Assembly: GCA_964393345.1 (NCBI GenBank)
Contig: CAYMTJ010000004.1
Span: 7,503-56,702, forward strand
DNA: 49,200 nt
Origin: an uncultured Anaerolineaceae bacterium
Lineage (GTDB): Bacteria; Chloroflexota; Limnocylindria; Limnocylindrales; CSP1-4
Direction: 5' to 3'
Shown: piece after piece, positions 18,578-27,474 of the stretch
Position numbering within the stretch: position 1 is the first letter of the stretch
Layout: each line of letters opens with the position of its first letter
Notes under the pieces: model-generated
Databases searched by the model: none
What the model was told of the DNA's origin: nothing
The model's input: the letters and a program-made list of their open reading frames with translations, nothing else
Made by a program: the position numbers and the translations under genes

Positions 18578-20154
18578 GGGGCGCTGGGCCGGCGGTCGAG
18601 CACGCGGATGAACAAGCCGATCTCCTCGGGCGCGGGGCGGTCGATCACGTACCGGGATTCGAGATAGGGCACGACCGCCTGGTTCTGCCGGATGACGTAG
18701 ACGGGCCGTCGCCCGAGGTTGGCCTCGATGACGTCGGTCATCGTGCCGAGCCCCTCGGCCTGACGGGTCGTGTCGTCCACCACGACGATATCAGGCCGGC
18801 GGCCCTCGATCCGCTGCGCGTACCAGAGCACCGTCGAGTAGCTCCAGCCGCTGATCACGACCGCGTCGCGCTCGACGAGCGGGAGCACGGTCTCGATCCA
18901 GGTCCGTGCCCGGACGTCGGTCGTCCGGTCGACGGTCTCGAACCGCGCGCTGAGCGAGGCGGCCGTCGGCGCAAGGAGCGCGGCCGCGAGCAGCCCCGCC
19001 ACGATCGCGGTCCCGGCCGGCCGCGGGTCGCCGGGCCCATCGGCGTTGGCGATCGCCGGCAGCCGCGGGGCCAGGAGGATGGCCGCGCCTTCGGCGACGA
19101 CACCCACCAGGATGGCGATCCAGGTCCACGCGACGAGGGCGGGACCCAGGTAGTAGCGCCCGATGTCCGCCGCGGGATACGAGGCGGTGAAGACCAGGGT
19201 GATCGCCGCGGCCAGGCCGGTCAGGACCGCGAACGAGGGGCGCCTCACGGCCGTCACGAGGAACGCGATGGGGATGGATGCCGTCAGGACCCCGAACTGG
19301 CTCACGGCCAGGTCGACGAGCGCGGCGAGCTTCGTGGCGGCGTCGCCCGGGACATCGCCGACGTCACCCTGGAACTGCTGTCCGAGGACCACATACCAGA
19401 AGCCATCCCACGTCTGCGGGGCCCCATACACGAGTCCGGCCCGAAACGGGCCCGCCCGGAGCGGCAGTTCCGCATAGACCGACACGATCGTCGCGGCGAG
19501 CACGGCGACACACGCGATGACGAACCGGGGCCGACGCAGGATCCCGGGAGCGACCCACAGGACGTAGACCCCGATGGCGGGAGCGAGCAGGAGCGTGAGC
19601 GAGTGGTTCCCCACCGAGAGGCCATAGGCGACCGTCGCGGCCAGGAGCCATCGATCCGACGGTCCGGCGGTGGGGTCGGCGACCCGATCCGCCCAGCCGA
19701 CGAGCAGCCGCAGCAGGACGGCGACGAACACCAGATGGAGCGCGTGCGGGTCCGCGTGCGTGCCGATGGCCCAGGCGATGGGCGTGAGTGCCAGCCCGAT
19801 GCCGGCCGCCACGCCGATCGTCGTGGAGCGCGTGAGGGTCCGGACGAGATCCGCGGTCACGCCGGCGGCCACCGCGACGAGGATCGCCGACAGCAGGTTC
19901 ATCCGGAACGCCGGGTCGCCCAGGGGCTGGAAGACGACGGACGCGATCCAGCCGAGGAGCGTATAGGTCGGGTAGCCCGTGGGATGCGCCGTGCCCATGA
20001 GCGGGCCGACCGCCTGGAACTCGCCGGTGTCCCAGAACTCGAGCCCGGGCTGGAGGGCCATCCGGGCGGCCGCGAACGCCACGATGGCGACCGCCACCGG
20101 GGGCCCGAAGGTCGAGGGGTCCCAGCGGCGACCCTGTGCTACGCTCCGATCCAC
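18574..20154 (-). CDS. DUF2723/TMEM260-like GT-C membrane glycosyltransferase (putative protein O-mannosyltransferase)
   Basis: WDTGEFQ..GTAHPTGYPTY motif, RMNLLSA, GNH, multiple TMs, RYYL, and a C-terminal soluble domain. Confidence 0.8.
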   Translation of the reverse strand: MDRSVAQGRRWDPSTFGPPVAVAIVAFAAARMALQPGLEFWDTGEFQAVGPLMGTAHPTGYPTYTLLGWIASVVFQPLGDPAFRMNLLSAILVAVAAGVTADLVRTLTRSTTIGVAAGIGLALTPIAWAIGTHADPHALHLVFVAVLLRLLVGWADRVADPTAGPSDRWLLAATVAYGLSVGNHSLTLLLAPAIGVYVLWVAPGILRRPRFVIACVAVLAATIVSVYAELPLRAGPFRAGLVYGAPQTWDGFWYVVLGQQFQGDVGDVPGDAATKLAALVDLAVSQFGVLTASIPIAFLVTAVRRPSFAVLTGLAAAITLVFTASYPAADIGRYYLGPALVAWTWIAILVGVVAEGAAILLAPRLPAIANADGPGDPRPAGTAIVAGLLAAALLAPTAASLSARFETVDRTTDVRARTWIETVLPLVERDAVVISGWSYSTVLWYAQRIEGRRPDIVVVDDTTRQAEGLGTMTDVIEANLGRRPVYVIRQNQAVVPYLESRYVIDRPAPEEIGLFIRVLDRRPSAP

Positions 20155-20183
20155 CTTCCACGCTCGTGCAGGAGCCGTTCCCG

Positions 20184-23100
20184 GTGACTGGCCCCGATTC
20201 CGGTGGGACCGAGCGAGGCACAGGCGCGCCAGCGCGGTCGACCGGGTCGCGAGGAGCCGCGGGCGCGATCCTGATCGTCCTCGCCGTCGGACTCGCCCTC
20301 CGCCTCATCATCGCATACCTCCTCCCCGGATCCGGCTTCAAGGTCGACCTGGATTCCTTCCAGTTCTGGGCGGCGGATCTCGCCACGAACGGGCCGTGGG
20401 GCTTCTACGAGCGACCCTTCTTCCACGACTACACGCCCGGGTATCTCTACGTCCTGTGGCTGGTCGGGGTCGTCGGGAGCGCGCTCGGGGGGATCGGCGA
20501 TCTCATCAAGATCCCGCCGATCCTGGCCGATCTCGCGATCGGCTGGCTCGTGGCCTCGATGGTGCTCGAGCTGGGCGGGCGACGCCGGGTCGCCGTCGGG
20601 GCGGCCATCGTGGCCGTCCTCAACCCGATCGGCTGGTTCGACTCCGTGGTCTGGGGACAGGTCGATTCGTTCGGGGTGATCTTCCTGCTGCTCGGCCTGC
20701 GGTCGCTCTGGCGTGACCAGCCCGAGCGGGCCGCGATCTTCACCGTGATCGCCGCGATCATCAAGCCACAGCTCGGGATCCTGGTGCCCCTGGTCGCGGT
20801 GGTGACCATCCGGCGGGCCCTGTGGCCGGTGGGTGGTGCGGGCGATCCGGCGCGGACGGGGCATCCCTGGCGCATCGTGACCACGGCGGTCGCCGGGCTG
20901 GCGACGGCCGTCGTCGTGCCGCTCCCGTTCGGGCTGTCGCCGGTCGGGCTCATCGAGCAGCTGCTCTCGACCGGCGGCGGCTACCCGTACCTGACCGTCA
21001 ACGCCTACAACCCCTGGGCCGTCGTCGTCGGCGATGCCGGCTACAGCCTCGCGAACGCGGGCCAGTGGGTCTGCGACGTCGCCCTCGGAGAGATCTGCGG
21101 TGCCGGCACGTCGTCGTTCGCGGGAGTCCCGGCGATCGCGTTCGGCTCGGCGCTGCTCGTGGCGGGGTTCGGGGTCGTGCTCGCGTTCGTCGCCCGCCGT
21201 CCGGATCGGCTGACGCTGCTCGTCGCGCTCGCGGTCCTGGCCCTCGCGTTCTTCGTCCTTCCGACCCGCGTCCACGAGCGGTACGGGTTCCCGTTCTTCG
21301 CCCTCGGCGCGATCCTCGCCGCCATCTCGTGGCGCTGGCGGATCGCGTACGTGGTCCTGTCCGTCGGCACGTTCCTGAACATGTACGTGGTCCTGACGAC
21401 GCTGTACCCGGGGAACCCGTCGATCGCGGACTGGTTGGGGATCGGCCAGTGGATCCGGACCGAGGTCGGTGTCATGACGATCGTGATCCTGCACACCACG
21501 GGCTTCGTCTGGGCGCTGCTCCAGCTTCGGACCGCACCATCCGAGCGGCTCGCGGACGAACTCGACGACGCGGCGGCCTGGGACGACGACCCGTGGCTCG
21601 AGGACCTCCCGGACGACGACCCGGTCCGCGGGTCCGAGCACGACGACCGGCGAGGTGCGGACGCGTGGGACGGAGACCGGCCAGATGTCCCGCCGGTCCA
21701 TCCTTGGGCGGCTGCACCGGCCGCGGTCGCGGCCCCGATCGCCTTCGCCGACGACGTCGTGGACTGGGACGGGCCGCCGGCCGCGCTCCCGACCTGGACG
21801 CCGCGCGCCGGGATGGCGGACCTCGGCGTGGCGGGCTGGATCCGTGACCGATGGTCGGCCCGGTCCATCCGACCGGACCGCAGCGGCTCGCTCCTCGCGG
21901 AAGGGGGCGGGCGACTCGATCGCCTCGACCTGTGGCTGTTGGTGGTGCTGGTCATCGCCAGCATGACGCTGCGGACGTTCCGTCTCGCCGAGCCGTACCA
22001 GATGCACTTCGACGAGGTCTACCACGCACGGACCGCGACCGAGTTCCTCCAGGCCTGGCGATACGGCGAGTCGCACGACATCTACGAGTGGACCCACCCG
22101 CACCTCGCGAAGTACGCGATGGCCGCGGGCATCGTCGCGTGGGGCCAGGATCGCGTCGCCGCCACGAGCGATCTCGGTGTCCCGGTGCGGGCCGCCGCGA
22201 TCGACCCGCGGCGCGCCGACGCGTCGGTCCCGGGTGGGATCGCCGGCGACCGGCTGTACATCGCCACGGGAAGCGAGTTGCGCGCGTATGACCTCCGGTC
22301 GCGGACGCTCGCGGGGACGGTCGATGGACTGGACGGGCTCGGCGCCCTCGCCGTCGATCCCGACACCGGTGACCTGTTCCTCGGGTTCGACGACGGCCGT
22401 GTGGCGACCCTCGAGCCCGGGACGATCGGCGTCGACGGGTTCCGCACCGATGTGTCCGAACTCGCCCGGACCGACGGGCCGGTCTCGCGCCTCTTCCTGA
22501 CCCGCGACGGGACCAGCGTGGTGGCCGCGGGGTCGGACCGCCTGCAGATCTTGGACCGCTCCGACGGCTCCCTCGTGGGCCGAGCCGATCTCCCCGGGTT
22601 GGCGGACATCGCCGACGGTGGCACCGGTGCCGTCCTCATGGCCATCCCGTCCGAGGTCGCCGATCCGGCCGCCGCCGCGGCCGTGCTCGCCGAGATCCTC
22701 GGCGGTGACGCGGCCGACTACGAGACGACCCTGGCGACCGATGCCGACTCGGTGGTGGTCGACGGTCCGGGGACGGGCCAGACCCGCACCGATGTCGAGG
22801 CCGCGATCGAGGACGGACGGCTGGCCGGTCTCTCGATCGAGGAATCGGATCGACTGGCCGTGGCAACGAGGGCGGGGCTGACCTTCATCGACGCCGCGGA
22901 CGCGACCACGGTCACGACCATCGATATGGGCGGCGGCGCGCACGCCATCGGTGCGGCGACCTTCGACGGGACGCGCCTGTACGTCGCGAGTGGGACCGTG
23001 GACGAGCCCGCCTACCACGTGGTCGCGATCGCCGGGGACCAGGCGAAGGATGGTCCATCGGACCGCGGCACGCACCCGCTTCCCGGGCTGGGGTCGCGGG

Positions 23101-25511
23101 TGGTCTACGACGAGGCCACCCAGATGATCCACATCCTGGGCCGGGCGCCCGGGGTCGGGGCCGCCGGACCCTGGACGGTCTACGTCATCGAGCCGCACGC
23201 CAACGCCGTCTACGCCGATGCGCGTCTCGCCGACGGCTTCGAGCCGGTCGCGTGGGCCGCCGACGTCGCCGCCGACTTCCCGTCCCAGGACCGACAGGAG
23301 CTGCTCGTCTTCGACGGGGCCGGGTCGACGGCCGCGATCGACATCGGATCGCACGCGTTCGCCTGGCGGTTGCCCGGCGTCATCGCCGGCACGCTGATGC
23401 TCGCCTGCCTCTACCTCCTGGCCAGGATCCTGTTCAAGCGACGGCTCGTCGCCGGTCTCGTGGGGCTGTTCGTGCTCGTGGACGGCATGACGTTCGTCCA
23501 GTCACGGATCGGGATGAACGACGCCTACGTCGGGCTGTTCATCGTGGCCGCGTACACCGTCTTCGCGGCGATCTGGACTGGGTGGTGGCGCTCGCGCTGG
23601 GCGTTCTGGGCCGGCCTGCCCGTCGTGGGACTCCTGCTCGGACTGGCGCTCGCCGCCAAGTGGCCCGCCCTGTACGCCATCGGCGGCGTGGGCCTGCTGA
23701 TCCTCGCCAGGAGCGCCCTCGGACGGAGCGTCGTGATCCTGGGCCTGATCGGGTTGACCGGCGTGCTCGGGTACATGGCGATCAGCGTGCCGGAGGGGCA
23801 GGGTCTCGGCAATCTCCTCTTCCTGCTGGTCATGACCGCCCTGACCCTGATCGCGGTGGTCGTGGCGATCTTCCACCCGATCGCCTGGACCGACGACGAG
23901 ATGCGGTTCGCCCTCATCGCCCCGACGGCCGGCGGGGCAGTCGTCTTCTTCGTCGCCCTCGCCACCGGCCGCCTGGAGAACGTCTATCCGATCGGGCCGA
24001 TCGCCGTCTCGCCGCTGACCCTCGCGGTGGCCCTCGGGGTGGTGTCGATCGCCGCCTACGCGGTCTTCCGGGTCGCGGGGCGATTCGGCTTCGGGCCGCT
24101 GGCGATGCCGCCCGGTCCGGGCGACCCGGCGCGGCTGCTCGCCCCACCGGCACCACCGCCCGATGGCTGGCTCCGGCCCGGCTGGCGTCTGGGGCTGCCG
24201 GTGCTGTGGGCGGCCGCGAGCCTCCTCGCGATCCCCCTCGCGGTGTACGTCGCCTCGTACATCCCGTGGGCGATGGTCGACGACCACCAGCTGTTCACCG
24301 GGTGGCCGGCCGGCCACGACGGTCAGACGCTCGTCGCGCTGACCGGTCAGATGTACGGCTACCACAACGGGCTCGTCTCACCGCACCCGGCGTCCTCGCC
24401 GTGGTGGGCGTGGCCGCTCGACCTCAAGCCCGTCTGGTTCTACGCCGAGGGTCTCGCCGGCGGGACGACCGCGGCCCTTTATGACGCCGGCAATCTCGTG
24501 GTCTGGTGGATGGGGGTCCCGGCCCTCGTCTTCGTGAGCGCGATGGCGTATCGCCGCCGCAGCCTCGCCCTGGCGCTCATCGCCATCGGGTTCGCATGCC
24601 AGTGGATCCCATGGGCGCGCATCGACCGGGCGGCCTTCCAGTACCACTACTACACGGCCCTCCCGTTCGTCATCGCCGCCCTCGCCTACTTCATCGCCGA
24701 GCTGTGGCACGGCGCCTCGAGGGTCGCGTGGCAGCTCGCGCGCCTGGGGGGCGCGGCCGCGATCGTGCTGCCCGGCGCCCTGTGGCTGTTCTCGCGGCCG
24801 CTGTGCGCGATCGTCGGCGTCGAGAGCGTGAACCCCGGGTCGCAGGCGTGCCCGGCGGTGATCCCGGACTTCGTGCTGACGAGCCGGACGGCCGGGCTGG
24901 CGACGGTGGCCGGCGTCGGCGCGCTCGTGGTCGTCCGGACGGTCCTCTCGCTGACCGGGGAGGACGGCCGACCACGCGGCGGTACGTGGGCGTGGGCCCA
25001 GCCGCTCCTGATCGCGGGTGCGGTCGCGGCCCTGGCGATCGTCGCGACGGCCGCGATCCCGAACGTAGAGCTGGTCCACCTGACCCGCCTCCCCGTGGAG
25101 CCGATCGTGCTGGTGGCGGCGATCCCGATGGTCTACCTGGCGATGGCCGTGATCGGCGGGCGGGACCCGCGTCGGTTCGTCGTGGCGTACATCGCCGCGG
25201 CCGTCGGATGGTTCGTGGTCCTGTACCCGAACATCGCGGCGCTGCCGCTCCCATCGGCGATCCATAACGCGTACCAGGGCATCGTGCCCACCTATCTCTA
25301 CGCGTTCCAGTTCTCGGTGAGCAAGATCGACCGGAACGACCCGCTGCCGCTGTTCACCCCCGGACTCGCGCTCCTCCTCGTCGCGGTCGCGGTGACCGCG
25401 CTGGTGGTCGCCTACTCGGCCTGGGTGTGGCGCGTGTCGCTCGTGGATGCCTCGAGCGCGGCCTCTGGCACGTCCGATGCGGATGGTCTCGCGCGGAGCG
25501 GCGACGCCTGA
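20184..25511 (+). CDS. Giant (~1775 aa) double GT-C fusion: ALG6/ALG8-like domain + acidic linker + PMT (GT39)-like domain with a ~400-aa soluble insertion
   Basis: Domain 1: DYTPGY, WGQVDS, IKPQ, TRVHERY. Domain 2: HFDEVYH, THPHLAK, AWRLPG, QSRIGMND, AAKW, HPASSPWWAWP, FQYHY. RBS CAGGAG before GTG20184; TGnTACGCT at 20137-20145. Confidence 0.8.
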   Translation: MTGPDSGGTERGTGAPARSTGSRGAAGAILIVLAVGLALRLIIAYLLPGSGFKVDLDSFQFWAADLATNGPWGFYERPFFHDYTPGYLYVLWLVGVVGSALGGIGDLIKIPPILADLAIGWLVASMVLELGGRRRVAVGAAIVAVLNPIGWFDSVVWGQVDSFGVIFLLLGLRSLWRDQPERAAIFTVIAAIIKPQLGILVPLVAVVTIRRALWPVGGAGDPARTGHPWRIVTTAVAGLATAVVVPLPFGLSPVGLIEQLLSTGGGYPYLTVNAYNPWAVVVGDAGYSLANAGQWVCDVALGEICGAGTSSFAGVPAIAFGSALLVAGFGVVLAFVARRPDRLTLLVALAVLALAFFVLPTRVHERYGFPFFALGAILAAISWRWRIAYVVLSVGTFLNMYVVLTTLYPGNPSIADWLGIGQWIRTEVGVMTIVILHTTGFVWALLQLRTAPSERLADELDDAAAWDDDPWLEDLPDDDPVRGSEHDDRRGADAWDGDRPDVPPVHPWAAAPAAVAAPIAFADDVVDWDGPPAALPTWTPRAGMADLGVAGWIRDRWSARSIRPDRSGSLLAEGGGRLDRLDLWLLVVLVIASMTLRTFRLAEPYQMHFDEVYHARTATEFLQAWRYGESHDIYEWTHPHLAKYAMAAGIVAWGQDRVAATSDLGVPVRAAAIDPRRADASVPGGIAGDRLYIATGSELRAYDLRSRTLAGTVDGLDGLGALAVDPDTGDLFLGFDDGRVATLEPGTIGVDGFRTDVSELARTDGPVSRLFLTRDGTSVVAAGSDRLQILDRSDGSLVGRADLPGLADIADGGTGAVLMAIPSEVADPAAAAAVLAEILGGDAADYETTLATDADSVVVDGPGTGQTRTDVEAAIEDGRLAGLSIEESDRLAVATRAGLTFIDAADATTVTTIDMGGGAHAIGAATFDGTRLYVASGTVDEPAYHVVAIAGDQAKDGPSDRGTHPLPGLGSRVVYDEATQMIHILGRAPGVGAAGPWTVYVIEPHANAVYADARLADGFEPVAWAADVAADFPSQDRQELLVFDGAGSTAAIDIGSHAFAWRLPGVIAGTLMLACLYLLARILFKRRLVAGLVGLFVLVDGMTFVQSRIGMNDAYVGLFIVAAYTVFAAIWTGWWRSRWAFWAGLPVVGLLLGLALAAKWPALYAIGGVGLLILARSALGRSVVILGLIGLTGVLGYMAISVPEGQGLGNLLFLLVMTALTLIAVVVAIFHPIAWTDDEMRFALIAPTAGGAVVFFVALATGRLENVYPIGPIAVSPLTLAVALGVVSIAAYAVFRVAGRFGFGPLAMPPGPGDPARLLAPPAPPPDGWLRPGWRLGLPVLWAAASLLAIPLAVYVASYIPWAMVDDHQLFTGWPAGHDGQTLVALTGQMYGYHNGLVSPHPASSPWWAWPLDLKPVWFYAEGLAGGTTAALYDAGNLVVWWMGVPALVFVSAMAYRRRSLALALIAIGFACQWIPWARIDRAAFQYHYYTALPFVIAALAYFIAELWHGASRVAWQLARLGGAAAIVLPGALWLFSRPLCAIVGVESVNPGSQACPAVIPDFVLTSRTAGLATVAGVGALVVVRTVLSLTGEDGRPRGGTWAWAQPLLIAGAVAALAIVATAAIPNVELVHLTRLPVEPIVLVAAIPMVYLAMAVIGGRDPRRFVVAYIAAAVGWFVVLYPNIAALPLPSAIHNAYQGIVPTYLYAFQFSVSKIDRNDPLPLFTPGLALLLVAVAVTALVVAYSAWVWRVSLVDASSAASGTSDADGLARSGDA

Positions 25512-26662
25512 GGCACCTCCCCACGGAAGCCCGCCGGGAGATGGCCGCTCGCCGCGAGCCGGCGGATGACGAAGCCGTAGTACGCCTCCACCTTGGCGGT
25601 CACGTTCGGCCAGCTGAAGTCTTCGGCTCGCTCGCGCCCGGCGGCGCCCATCCGCTCGCGGAGGTCCTCGTCGTCGAGAAGCCGCGCGATCGCGACGGCC
25701 ATCGCCTTCGGTTCGCGTGGCGGGACCAGGAGTCCCTCGCGGCCGCGGCGGACCACGCCCTTGTAGCCGTGGATGTCCGAGCAGACGATCGGCGTGCCCG
25801 CCGCCATCGCCTCGAGCAGGACGATCCCGAAGGATTCGCCGCCGGTCGCCGGCGAGACGAACACCTGGGCCGTGCGATACAGCTGGGCCTTCTCGGCGTC
25901 GGTGACCCGACCCAGGAACTCGACGCCCTGGAGACCGCGCGTGGCCACGTACCGGCGCGCCTCGCGTTCCTGCGGACCGGTCCCGACGACGAGGAGTCGT
26001 GTCCCGTAGCCGGTCCGTCGCAGGATGCGCTGCGCCTTGAGGAGGTGGAGCAGGCCCTTACGCGGTTCGTGCCGACCCACGAACAGCAGGTTCGGCGTCC
26101 CGTCGTTCCAGCGCGCCAGGGGGACGGCGCTGCCGAACCGGGCGACGTCGACGCCGTTGGGGATGACCTTGTAGTCGCCCGGGAAGAAGCGGTCGATGAA
26201 GTGTCGGGCGGCGGCGCTGACCGCCATGCGTCCATGGAGCTTCGCCGCGTGGCCGCGCAGCACCCGACTCCCGAACTCGTAGGACGGCGAGAACCCGGCG
26301 TAGGCATGGAACGTCGCGACGTTGACGCTCGTGGATTCGCGCAGCAGGAACAGCGACAGGAACGGGACGAACGGCTCGTGGAAGTGGAGCAGATCGAACT
26401 GCTCGCGGGCGAGCATGTCGCGAACCTGGCGGATGTAGCGCGGCGAGAACGTCAGGGTGCCGACCGACCCGTTGGTCGGCATCGAGAACCCGACGCCGAC
26501 GCGGATGATGTCGCCCTCGGACGCCCGCTGCGTCCCGTGGCTGGCCGTGATGATCCGGACGTCGTGGCCGCTCAGGCGCAGGTTCTCGTACAGGAACTGG
26601 ACGTGCTGCGCGACGCCCCCGGCGCCCGGGTAGATGTACGGGCAGACGAGGCCGATCTTCAT
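25412..26662 (-). CDS. pimA: GT4 phosphatidyl-myo-inositol alpha-mannosyltransferase, PimA-like
   Basis: MKIGLVCPY..GGVAQHV, HFHEP, ATFH, GRHEPRKG, GGESFGIVLLEAMAAG. ATGA overlap with the PHP gene; in an operon with pgsA and ino1. Confidence 0.8.
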   Translation of the reverse strand: MKIGLVCPYIYPGAGGVAQHVQFLYENLRLSGHDVRIITASHGTQRASEGDIIRVGVGFSMPTNGSVGTLTFSPRYIRQVRDMLAREQFDLLHFHEPFVPFLSLFLLRESTSVNVATFHAYAGFSPSYEFGSRVLRGHAAKLHGRMAVSAAARHFIDRFFPGDYKVIPNGVDVARFGSAVPLARWNDGTPNLLFVGRHEPRKGLLHLLKAQRILRRTGYGTRLLVVGTGPQEREARRYVATRGLQGVEFLGRVTDAEKAQLYRTAQVFVSPATGGESFGIVLLEAMAAGTPIVCSDIHGYKGVVRRGREGLLVPPREPKAMAVAIARLLDDEDLRERMGAAGRERAEDFSWPNVTAKVEAYYGFVIRRLAASGHLPAGFRGEVPQASPLRARPSASDVPEAALEASTSDTRHTQAE

Positions 26663-27474
26663 GCCCGGTCGCCGTCGGGCGGCAGGTAGCGGGGCGGCCG
26701 CCGCGTGCCACCGGGATAGCCATGGTCCCGGCCCGTGCCGTCGCGGCGGATCCGTCCGACGAGCTCGGCCCGGGCATCGACGCCGCGCTTTCGAAGCTGC
26801 TGCCCGAAGGTCCCGAACTGCCCCACCGTCCCGTGGAACCGGCCCTGGTGGGTCGTGGTGCCCGCGGCGATCGCCGTCCGCAGGTCGGCGAAGGTGCGGC
26901 CCGGATAGGTGGTCGCCCCGATCCCGACCGCATCGAGCGCATGGGCGTCGCTGTTGCCGACGTGCGCGAGCCCGTGCCGGTCCGCGAACGCGACGACCCG
27001 CCGGTGCCATGGGCGCCCGAGGGCCGTCGGGTTGAACGTCTCGATCGCGTCCGGGTGGACCCGCGGATCCGGGTCGTCGAGGAGGCCGCGGATGACCCAG
27101 CCCTGGGCGCAGAGCGGGTACGGGACGAGCGGGTGGGCCGGGATCGCGAGACCGCCCTGATCGTGGATCGCCGCGATCGTGTCGCGCAGGGTCCGGTACG
27201 AGCGGACCGGTCGGGTGATGTCGAGCGCGAGGAGGTGTCCCCCGAGCGTCGTGACCTCCTCGCCGACGATGACCTCGAACGGCAGGCCCCGATCCACGGC
27301 GATGGCCCGGCCCGCGATGGCCGCATCGATCCGTTCGTGGTCCGTGATCGCGATGACGTCGAGGTCGCCCAGGGTCGCGACCCGCTCGAGGACGGCGGTG
27401 ACGGGCGCCGTGCCGTCTGAAGCCGCCGTGTGGATGTGCAGGTCCGCCCGGCCGCGCGCCGGTGCATCGGTCAT
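26659..27474 (-). CDS. PHP-family metallophosphoesterase
   Basis: ADLHIHT..SDG, AITDH, GEEVTT..GHLL, AHP, GNSDAH. ATGA overlaps at both ends. Confidence 0.9.
   Translation of the reverse strand: MTDAPARGRADLHIHTAASDGTAPVTAVLERVATLGDLDVIAITDHERIDAAIAGRAIAVDRGLPFEVIVGEEVTTLGGHLLALDITRPVRSYRTLRDTIAAIHDQGGLAIPAHPLVPYPLCAQGWVIRGLLDDPDPRVHPDAIETFNPTALGRPWHRRVVAFADRHGLAHVGNSDAHALDAVGIGATTYPGRTFADLRTAIAAGTTTHQGRFHGTVGQFGTFGQQLRKRGVDARAELVGRIRRDGTGRDHGYPGGTRRPPRYLPPDGDRA

Noticed and set aside
22146-23351. Insertion in the PMT domain as an intein
   Set aside because: No Cys/Ser start with a His-Asn end and no LAGLIDADG motifs were seen; the sequence looks like propeller strands.
20139-23354. 1071-aa minus-strand ORF, and similar long antisense ORFs (197-1618, 3508-5448, 36663-39023, 38678-40399, 43152-45989)
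   Set aside because: They are shadows of well-supported genes on the other strand. They are R/G/D-rich with no motifs, as expected at this GC content.
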